Origin: Armatimonadota bacterium
GTDB lineage: Bacteria > Armatimonadota > SYMT01
Assembly (NCBI GenBank): GCA_046292385.1
Contig: JBKBRF010000011.1
Location: forward strand, 64,001-128,000
Direction: 5' to 3'
Length of the DNA stretch: 64,000 nucleotides
Position 1 is the stretch's first letter. Every line of letters begins with the position of its first letter. Made by a program: the position numbers and the translations under genes. This document shows, piece after piece, positions 56,605 to 64,000 of this stretch. Under the pieces are notes generated by a model. The model made no database searches. It was not told the DNA's origin and was given only the letters and a program-made list of their open reading frames with translations.

Positions 56605-57741
56605 ATGGGCTCTGCAATCGGCTGGCATTCCTCGCTGTACGACCCGCAGCTCGATCCCACGCGGCTGCTCGAAATGGGTGCGGAGCGAGAAGCGGCCGGG
56701 GACCTGCACTTTGCGGCCACCGCTTATGAGGTGGCGCTCGGGCGAGAGCCCGGAAACCCCGCCGCGGAAGCAGCGCTCGGCCGCGTCCTGGACCGGCTGG
56801 AGATCGTGGAGCACGGGCTCCGCTTTCGCTACGTCCCCGGCGGCCGATACCTGATGGGCTCGGAGACCGGAGATCCGGACGAGCAGCCGGTGCACGCCGT
56901 AGAGCTTCCCCCGTTCTGGCTCACCGATACCCCGGTTACCTGGACCGACTACTGCCGGCTCATGGACTGGACACCCCCGCCCGGCGGAATACCGGAGTCT
57001 CGACGGCCGTCGGGCGAGGGCTTCGATCCGATCGTCTTCGGAATTCGCCTCTCGAGGCAGATGCGGCTGCAGTATTGCGAAACCGAGGCCCAGAAGGCGA
57101 TCGATTGGCACGCTCATGATCCGGAGTCGATCTGGATGCAACGCGGCGAGCAAAAGACGGCACAGGAGCTCTTCGGCGAGCCGCCCCGGCGGAACCCCCG
57201 CGCACCCTGGACGTGGGATCAGAAGCCGATGATCGCGGCCGGATGGGAAGATGCCCGGGAGTTGGCGGCACGCCTCGCTGCTCCGGCAGTGGAGTATGGC
57301 CTCCCCACCGAGGCGGAGTGGGAGAAAGCGGCGCGCGGAGGCCTCGCCGGTCGCCGGTACTCGTGGGGAGATGAGCCGCCGACACCGGAGCGCTGCGACT
57401 TCGACCGCTGGAGCGAGTTTTCCATCCGGGTCCCGCGGGAGCTGCCGCCGAACCGCTACGGGTTGTACGGGATGTGCGGCGGGGTGTGGGAGTGGACGGC
57501 GGACTGGTACGACGCCGCCTACTACCGCGAGAGCCCCGGCTGGCGCCCCGCCGGGCCGGAGCAGGGCGAGGAGCGTGTGCTCCGCGGCGGCTCGTGGGCC
57601 GACTCCGCGGAGGCGGTCACGGTCAGCTTCCGAATGTCGCGCGCCCCCTCCGGCTGGCGGGATCGGGACGCGATCAGTCACTTCACTCCCAACTTCGGCT
57701 TCCGGCTCGCCCGCCGGGACCCCGCCCTCTCTGCCTTGTAG
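56605..57741 (+). CDS. FGE-sulfatase (SUMF1/EgtB/PvdO) domain protein with short TPR-like N-terminus
   Basis: GGRYLMGS, DEQPVH.V, LPTEAEWEKAARGG, PNRYGLYGMCGGVWEW, RVLRGGSW, GFRLAR. Confidence 0.9.
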   Translation: MGSAIGWHSSLYDPQLDPTRLLEMGAEREAAGDLHFAATAYEVALGREPGNPAAEAALGRVLDRLEIVEHGLRFRYVPGGRYLMGSETGDPDEQPVHAVELPPFWLTDTPVTWTDYCRLMDWTPPPGGIPESRRPSGEGFDPIVFGIRLSRQMRLQYCETEAQKAIDWHAHDPESIWMQRGEQKTAQELFGEPPRRNPRAPWTWDQKPMIAAGWEDARELAARLAAPAVEYGLPTEAEWEKAARGGLAGRRYSWGDEPPTPERCDFDRWSEFSIRVPRELPPNRYGLYGMCGGVWEWTADWYDAAYYRESPGWRPAGPEQGEERVLRGGSWADSAEAVTVSFRMSRAPSGWRDRDAISHFTPNFGFRLARRDPALSAL

Positions 57742-57843
57742 TCCCAATCGAGCCGGCCACACCGGCCGCACGTCACGCCCGGCCGCTTTCGTTCGTACCT
57801 GCCTCAAAGCCGCTTCCGGGCGGCGAACACGAGGAGGTCGACG

Positions 57844-59640
57844 ATGAGACGGGTAGGTTTTGCGTTCGGGCTGGTGGGGCTCGCGCTGGCGGGCACCCTC
57901 GCCTCCGCCCAGGGCTCGGACCTGGTGGTGCACGAGTGGGGCACGTTCCTCTCGATGCAGGGCGCGGACGGGGTCACGCTGGACGGCATGTACCACGAGG
58001 AGCACGCGCTGCCGGCGTTCGTGCACGCGCGGAGCACGGACCAGCTCCGCATCCCCTCGGTCCTCACCAAGGGGGAGACTCCGGTGATCTACTTCTACAC
58101 GCCGCGGGCCCAGCGCGTGAAGGTGAACGTCCGATTTCCTTCCGGCATCTGGACGCAGTGGTACCCGGAGGCGAGCTTCGTGGGACCGCAGTACGTGGCG
58201 GCGGGGTCCCCGGAGAACCCGCGGAACGGGCACCTGAGCTGGGTCGTCGACCTTCTCCCTACGGCCGAGAAAGCGCCCGCCCTGCCCTCCGCCGGAAAGG
58301 ATGCGCTCTGGAATCACTCGCGGGAGGTCGACGCGGCGTACCTCCGCACCCGCTCGCTGGAGAAGAAGGACGCCGTCGAGCACGAACGGTTTCTCTTCTA
58401 CCGAGGACTGGGCCAGGCGGAGCTGCCCTTGCGGATGGAGCATGCCGCCGGCGGCACGCTCACCTGGGATGCGAATACGCCCTATCCCGCTGCCGACCTA
58501 TTCGTCCTCCGCGTGGAGAACGGGCGCGGCGCGTTCCGCTACCTGCCCTCGCTCGGACCGGGCGCCAGCCGCAGCGGGGTGATTCCGTCGATGCACGACG
58601 CCCGCCCCGTGGAGCAGTTCACCGCTTCCGTGGCGAAGGCTCTCGCGGAGCGGCTTACGGCGGCCGGGCTCTACGCGAAGGAAGCGCGGGCGATGGCCAA
58701 TACCTGGCGGAGCAGCTACTTCCATACGGAGGGGATCCGGGTGCTCTACCTGCTGCCGCGGCAGTGGACCGACGCCTACATCCCGCTGGAGCTCGATCCA
58801 AAGCCGAAGGAGCTGGTGCGGGTGATGGTCGGCCGGCTGGAGCTGCTCACCCCGGAGCGCGAGGCCCGGGCGGACCAGGCGGTGCGCGACCTCGCCTCCT
58901 CTAATTCAGCCCGGCGGGAGCGCGCCTTCGCGTATCTGCAGGACCAGGGCCGCTACGTGGAGCCGGTAGTCCGTCGCGTGCTTCGCAGCTCGAGCGACGA
59001 GCAGGTGCGGACCCTCTGCCGCCGTCTCCTGCACACCGGCTGGGTCACCTCGCTGCGCGCCGCGGTCCACCACGCCGCCACCGGGAAGCGGATCGATCCT
59101 ACCGCGGGCGGGAAGCATGCCCGCACCTACCTGCGCGCGCAGCTTGCCAGCGTGTTGAAGGAGATCGGGCTGGACGAGGAAGCGCGCCAGGAAGCGGAGC
59201 CGGCGCTGCAGGAGCTGCGCCGCATGCCGGCACCCGCCTTCGAATCGGCCGCGGCCCGGCAGTACCTGCGGGCGAAGGCTCGCGCGATCGAAGGGGCCGG
59301 GGACGACCGGGCTACCGCGGACGCCTACGAGACCTACGTCCGCTACGCCGCGCAGGTGAAGACGTGCGGCGGCTGTCACGACCAGGAAGGGCCCCGCACG
59401 ATGGCGTGGTTCCGCGACTGGTGGGCCGGCGACAAGCTGGCGGAGTACTTCGCGCGGGCCGGCCGCACGGAGGCAGCGATCCGGGAACGTGAAGCGGCGC
59501 TGCAGCGGAGGCCGAACGATACCGCCTCGCAGATGATCCTGGCCTACCTCTACGCGCGAGACGGCGACCGCCGGCGAGCCGACCAGATGTGGGCCCGCAT
59601 CGCCCCGGAATCCCCCACCCGCCGCGTCGCTGAACGATAA
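57844..59640 (+). CDS. Exported hypothetical protein (VHEWGTF type) with helical C-terminus and a CxxCH motif
   Basis: GGAGG RBS, signal peptide, VHEWGTF, ETPVIYFY, FLFYRG; CGGCH near the C-terminus. Confidence 0.75.
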   Translation: MRRVGFAFGLVGLALAGTLASAQGSDLVVHEWGTFLSMQGADGVTLDGMYHEEHALPAFVHARSTDQLRIPSVLTKGETPVIYFYTPRAQRVKVNVRFPSGIWTQWYPEASFVGPQYVAAGSPENPRNGHLSWVVDLLPTAEKAPALPSAGKDALWNHSREVDAAYLRTRSLEKKDAVEHERFLFYRGLGQAELPLRMEHAAGGTLTWDANTPYPAADLFVLRVENGRGAFRYLPSLGPGASRSGVIPSMHDARPVEQFTASVAKALAERLTAAGLYAKEARAMANTWRSSYFHTEGIRVLYLLPRQWTDAYIPLELDPKPKELVRVMVGRLELLTPEREARADQAVRDLASSNSARRERAFAYLQDQGRYVEPVVRRVLRSSSDEQVRTLCRRLLHTGWVTSLRAAVHHAATGKRIDPTAGGKHARTYLRAQLASVLKEIGLDEEARQEAEPALQELRRMPAPAFESAAARQYLRAKARAIEGAGDDRATADAYETYVRYAAQVKTCGGCHDQEGPRTMAWFRDWWAGDKLAEYFARAGRTEAAIREREAALQRRPNDTASQMILAYLYARDGDRRRADQMWARIAPESPTRRVAER

Positions 59641-59797
59641 GCTCGAACCGAACGGGTGTAAGAAAAGGAGATGGGGGGATGAGTTGGAGATGAGGGGGAT
59701 GTCATAAGGGCAGACGGATGAGGGCGGAGTGCGGAACACCGAACCGCTCGTGAACGATGGGTTCGGTCCTCTGCACTCCGCACTCTGCACTCCGCAC

Positions 59798-60613
59798 TCA
59801 GATCGCTTTCGCCGTCTCCACGGGGCGGATCGCGCGGCCGATCGCCTCCCGGAGCTGAGAGACCGAGAACGGCTTCGTCACCACCCCGCGCAGGTTCGGA
59901 TGCGAGCGATGGGAGGCGACTTCGATCGGGAGTCCGGTCAGGAACAGCACCGGCATCGACGGCCAGCGGCGGCCGATCGCTTCGAGCACGTCGGTGCCCA
60001 GCATCGCCCCGGCGAGCTGGTGATCGAGAAGCACCAGGTCGAACGGCTCCTCATCCAGGCGGCGCAGCGCGTCCTCGCCGCGCCACACCAGGGTCGGCTC
60101 GCAGCCGATCGAGGGCAGAAGCTGGGAGAGGAGGCTGCGCATGGGGGCCTCATCTTCACCCACCAGTACGCGAACGGTGGCTTCCGCCTTCACCCGCCCC
60201 GTCTCCGCCGGGAGCACGGGGAACCAGGCGCCGCCCTGGGCCACTTCCCGCAGCGCCGGGATCAGCTCGGAGCCGATGCGGTCCTTCGGCACCAGCCCGG
60301 AGGCGCCGGCTGCCTGGGCCTGGCCGGAGAGAGTCTCGTCCGAAAAGCCGGTGCAGAACAGCACGCGCGGGGGCTCCTCCGCGCCTCCAGCGCGCCGCCA
60401 CTGGCTCCGGGTGGAGAGGAGCTGGAGCCCATTGGCGCCCTCCAGCTCGTAGTCGAGCAGCACCACGTCGATCTCTTCCTGGCGCAGGTAGGTGAGCACC
60501 GCCCCGGCACTTCCTGCCAGCCCCACGAGCTGCACGTCCGGCTCCAGCGAGAGGCGAGTCGCCAGGTATGACCGCACCGAGGGGTCGTCTTCTACACAGA
60601 GGACTCGGATCAT
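59798..60613 (-). CDS. Response regulator with two receiver domains and no DNA-binding domain
   Basis: VLCVEDD...VVLLD...VPK and VLVGEDE...LVLLD...TKPF. Confidence 0.85.
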   Translation of the reverse strand: MIRVLCVEDDPSVRSYLATRLSLEPDVQLVGLAGSAGAVLTYLRQEEIDVVLLDYELEGANGLQLLSTRSQWRRAGGAEEPPRVLFCTGFSDETLSGQAQAAGASGLVPKDRIGSELIPALREVAQGGAWFPVLPAETGRVKAEATVRVLVGEDEAPMRSLLSQLLPSIGCEPTLVWRGEDALRRLDEEPFDLVLLDHQLAGAMLGTDVLEAIGRRWPSMPVLFLTGLPIEVASHRSHPNLRGVVTKPFSVSQLREAIGRAIRPVETAKAI

Positions 60614-60836
60614 ACTTTTCCCTCGCGGACAGCGCGCGGCTGCCCGCCGCCGTGGAATCGCGGCGCGATTGAGCTTTGTCTTATGATCCAACCTGCCGTG
60701 GGGTTGGGCAATGCCTCGGCGGCCAGTTTTTAGTGGCCGGTTGGCCATCAGCTGGTCGCCAACCGGCCGGCGGCGGGGAGGTCAACCGGCCGATAGCGCC
60801 GGAACATGCAGGAAAGCCCGCGCTAACCAGACGGTC

Positions 60837-61490
60837 ATGCCGATTTCGATAGTGATTGCAGAAGACGACTCCCTGCTCCGCCCCCTGCTGGCGGAGAGAC
60901 TCGCCCGAGAGGAAGACTTCGAGGTCGTCGGCCGCGCGGGAACCGGCCGCGAGGCGGTGGCGATGGTGACGCAGCATGCTCCGGACCTGCTGCTGCTGGA
61001 CCTGAACCTGCCGGAGCTTTCCGGCTGGGAAGTGATGGAGCGCCTGGCCAGCCTGGAGACGCCGCCGCGGGTGCTGGTGCTGAGCGGCGAAGAGGGCGAG
61101 CGGACGCAGCTGGAGGCCGCGCGAGCCGGCGCGCAGGGGTTCATGTGTAAGTCGCTGGCCGTGCGGAAGCTGCCGGAGGCGATCCGCGCGATCTTCTCGG
61201 GCGACGTCTGGTTCCCGCGAGAGGTGATCGGGCAGGTCTTCCGGGACTATCCCCGGCTGATCCACACCGAGCGGGAGCAGGAGAAGCCGCTCCGGCGCCT
61301 CTCGGACCGGGAGCGCGAGGTGCTGATCCGGGTGGCGCGCGGCCTGACCAACCAGCAGATCGCCGGCGAGCTGTACATGAGCATCAGCACCGTCAAGGTG
61401 CACATCAGCAGCATCCTGCAGAAGCTGGACCTCCCGAACCGTACGGAGGCCGCCGTCTTCGCCGTGCGAGAGGGCTTGCTGGACCACTGA
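60837..61490 (+). CDS. NarL/LuxR-family response regulator
   Basis: IAEDD, PDLLLLDLNLP; LSDREREVL...GLTNQQIA..L..S.STVKVH...KL...NR. Confidence 0.93.
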   Translation: MPISIVIAEDDSLLRPLLAERLAREEDFEVVGRAGTGREAVAMVTQHAPDLLLLDLNLPELSGWEVMERLASLETPPRVLVLSGEEGERTQLEAARAGAQGFMCKSLAVRKLPEAIRAIFSGDVWFPREVIGQVFRDYPRLIHTEREQEKPLRRLSDREREVLIRVARGLTNQQIAGELYMSISTVKVHISSILQKLDLPNRTEAAVFAVREGLLDH

Positions 61491-61664
61491 ACCGGCTCAC
61501 CTCGCTCCGGAGCGCGGCACGCCGTGCCTGCGACGGGAACTTCTTTCGTGCCTGCGTGCGGAGCTTTATCGAGTCTGTTCCGGGCGCGTTAAGATGTAGG
61601 GAGCGCTCGCGCCCGCCGGTCCGTCGGCCAGCTCGTCCGCGCGGTGGGCCGCCACCTGATCACC

Positions 61665-62765
61665 ATGTCGAACGCTACCGTCTTCTCGCCAACTCCAACT
61701 GCCAACGGTTCCCCGCTGCTCCGGGTTTCCGAGCTGCGCAAGCATTTCCCGCAGCGCGGCGGCATGTGGGGGCGCGGCGGCGGCGTGGTGAAGGCGGTCG
61801 ACGGGGTGAGCTTCGACGTCTACGAAGGGGAGACGCTGGGGCTGGTCGGGGAATCCGGCAGCGGAAAGAGCACCACGGGGCGGCTGATCCTGCGGCTGCT
61901 GGAGCCGACCTCCGGCGAGTGCCGCTTCCGCGGCCAGGACGTCTTCCGCGCCACCAAGCCGGAGCTGCGCGCGCTGCGGCGCGAGATGCAGATCGTCTTT
62001 CAGGACCCGTACGGCGCCTTCAACCCCCGGATGACGATCAGCCGGATCATCGGGGAGGGGCTGGAGCTGCGCGGCATCCGCTCTCCTCGGGAGCGGGACG
62101 CGGAGGTCGCCCGGCTGCTGGAGCTGGTGCAGCTTCCGCCCGCGGTCCGCTCGCGCTATCCCCACGAGTTCTCCGGCGGACAGCGGCAACGCCTCGGCAT
62201 CGCCCGCGCTCTCGGGGTGCAGCCGCGCTTCCTGGTGGCCGACGAGCCGGTCTCCGCGCTCGACGTCTCTACCCAGGCGGAGGTGGTCAACCTGCTGCTC
62301 GACCTGCAGGAGCGGCTCAAGCTGACGATGCTCTTCATCTCCCACGACCTGAGCGTGGTGCGGGTGATGTCGGACCGCGTGGCAGTGATGTTCGCCGGCA
62401 AGATCCTGGAGCTGGCGCACACGGAGGCGCTCTTTAAGAACCCGCTGCAGCCGTACACGCAGGAGCTGCTGCAGGCGATCCCGGTCCCGGACCCGGAGCG
62501 CGCCCGGCGCGGTTTGCGAACGAGCCCGGAGGAGGCGGCCGCCGCGGATGCCCAGCGCGGCCCGAGCGGCGAGGGCTGCCCCTTCGCGAGCCGCTGCCCG
62601 CACGTGATGGAGATCTGCCGTCAGCAGATGCCGCCGCTGGTCGACTTCGCCCCGCGCCTGGGGGAGAGCCACCCCCATTTCGCCGCCTGCCACTGGGTGG
62701 AGCAGGATACCGCCCGCGCGGCGGAGGTCGGTCACGCGACGCGCGCCGCCGGCTCCGCGAATTAG
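61665..62765 (+). CDS. Oligopeptide/dipeptide ABC transporter ATP-binding protein
   Basis: GESGSGKST, FQDP, YPHEFSGGQRQR, ADEPVSALD, SHDL, GCPFASRC. Confidence 0.93.
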   Translation: MSNATVFSPTPTANGSPLLRVSELRKHFPQRGGMWGRGGGVVKAVDGVSFDVYEGETLGLVGESGSGKSTTGRLILRLLEPTSGECRFRGQDVFRATKPELRALRREMQIVFQDPYGAFNPRMTISRIIGEGLELRGIRSPRERDAEVARLLELVQLPPAVRSRYPHEFSGGQRQRLGIARALGVQPRFLVADEPVSALDVSTQAEVVNLLLDLQERLKLTMLFISHDLSVVRVMSDRVAVMFAGKILELAHTEALFKNPLQPYTQELLQAIPVPDPERARRGLRTSPEEAAAADAQRGPSGEGCPFASRCPHVMEICRQQMPPLVDFAPRLGESHPHFAACHWVEQDTARAAEVGHATRAAGSAN

Positions 62766-62862
62766 CGGGAACTCACCCCCGCTTACCGGAACCTATTGAT
62801 AGAAGCTACGGACCTTACCCCTTGAGGGCGCACCCGCTCCTCGATCGAGGATCCAACCCGAA

Positions 62863-64000
62863 ATGAAACGAGCACTCTCCCTGGTCGGCATTCTGGCCCT
62901 CGGCACCGCGGTGGCGGGCTGCTTCGGCGGCCCCGGCGGTCCCGGCGGGGGGCTTGCAGATAACAACGGAAACAGCCCCGGCAGCATCTCGCAGGGCGGC
63001 CCCGAGCCGGTGACGGAGCCGGGCAAGTACGGCGGCACCCTCACCACCTCTTCGATCTCGTCGCCGAAGACGTTCAACCCGCTGCTGGCGGCCGAGACTT
63101 CGTCGACCGAAATCCTGGACGAGCTGTTCCTGCCGCTGAACACCCTGAACTACCACACGCTGGAGTGGGAGCCGCGGCTGGCGGAGCGCCCGGAGATCAG
63201 CGAGGACGGTCTCACCTATACGTACCGCCTCCGCGAGGGCCTCAAGTGGAGCGACGGGCACCCGCTCACCACGGATGACGTGGAATTCACCATGAAGGTG
63301 ATCTACGACCCGAAGATCGAGACTCCCCTGCGCGAGGGGAAGCTCATCGACGTGGTGCAGCCGGACGGCAGCCTGAAGCGCGAGCAGTTCAAGGTGACGA
63401 AGGTCGACGACCGGACGATCCAGTTCACCCTGCCGGTGAAGTTCGCGCCGGCCGACACCGTTTTCGCCTTCCCGATCATTCCGAAGCACAAGCTGGAGAG
63501 CGCCTACAACGCGGGCCGGTACAACTCCACCTGGACGGTCAGCACGCCGATCTCCCAGCTCGTGAGCAGCGGGGCGTGGGTCATCTCCGAGTACGTTACC
63601 GATCAGCGCGTCGTCTTCTCCCGGAACCCGCACTCCTGGATGACCTCCGACGACGGCAAGCCGCTGCCCTACCTGGACAAGTGGGTCACGCTGATCGTGC
63701 CGGACCTGAACGCCACGATCCTGAAGTTCCGGAACGGCGATACCGACGTCACCGGCGTTCCGCAGAGCGAGTACCCGTCCATCGCGGAGGGTGAGGAGAA
63801 CGGTGACTATCGGGTGGTCAACACCGGGCCCGGCTGGGGATTCAACTACCTCGGCTTCAACCTGAATCCTACCTCCGGCGTAGACAAGAACCTGATCGCG
63901 CTCTTCCAGGACGTGCGCTTCCGGCGCGCGGCGTCCCACGCGGTGAACCGCCAGCGGATGGTCGACGAGATCTTCCGGGGTCTCGCCCGCCCGCTCTACG
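62863..64000 (+). CDS. Peptide ABC transporter substrate-binding lipoprotein, family 5 (3' truncated by window edge)
   Basis: MKR...lipobox VAGC; GGTL, PKTFNP, LREGLKWSDGHPLTTDDVEFT, LPYLD, DVRFRRA. Confidence 0.92.
   Translation, partial: MKRALSLVGILALGTAVAGCFGGPGGPGGGLADNNGNSPGSISQGGPEPVTEPGKYGGTLTTSSISSPKTFNPLLAAETSSTEILDELFLPLNTLNYHTLEWEPRLAERPEISEDGLTYTYRLREGLKWSDGHPLTTDDVEFTMKVIYDPKIETPLREGKLIDVVQPDGSLKREQFKVTKVDDRTIQFTLPVKFAPADTVFAFPIIPKHKLESAYNAGRYNSTWTVSTPISQLVSSGAWVISEYVTDQRVVFSRNPHSWMTSDDGKPLPYLDKWVTLIVPDLNATILKFRNGDTDVTGVPQSEYPSIAEGEENGDYRVVNTGPGWGFNYLGFNLNPTSGVDKNLIALFQDVRFRRAASHAVNRQRMVDEIFRGLARPLY

Noticed and set aside
55213..57741. Classical sulfatase maturation locus (anSME plus FGE) or PQQ/mycofactocin cluster
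   Set aside because: No sulfatase with a CxPxR motif nearby, the FGE catalytic Cys are missing, the SPASM is reduced, and no pqq or mft partner genes are present.

Overview
A high-GC, gene-dense bacterial chromosomal segment. The gene mix (tmk-darA-holB, DUF1501, ThuA, DUF4139, BatA/vWA, diderm-type secreted proteins) suggests an Armatimonadota-like organism, but that assignment is inference. Housekeeping content: the 3' end of an mrp Na+/H+ antiporter operon, secG, purH, hisB, acs, tmk-darA-holB, ABC transporters and three tRNA genes (Ala-GGC, Sec-TCA, Met-CAT). A selenocysteine cluster (selA-selD-selC) is present, and SelD itself has an in-frame UGA read as Sec. I recognised no CRISPR array, integrase, transposase or prophage. 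Intergenic regions carry several families of palindromic and heptamer repeats. The best candidate for an undescribed system is a tightly coupled three-gene unit at 54519-57741: a protein with an HCEVPAGCGG motif plus a probable jelly-roll domain, a radical SAM/SPASM-type enzyme, and an FGE-fold protein lacking the catalytic cysteines. An exported protein with a single CxxCH motif follows it. Other leads: a promoter-structured RNA-terminator leader before an R3H/AAA gene, a stand-alone protein resembling the primase large-subunit C-terminal domain, an anti-sigma factor with its zinc motif after the membrane helix, a channel with an SVGYA filter, and a DUF4139 gene with an inserted STN-like domain and an in-frame TAA. 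All family assignments come from motif recognition by eye; no database searches were run.
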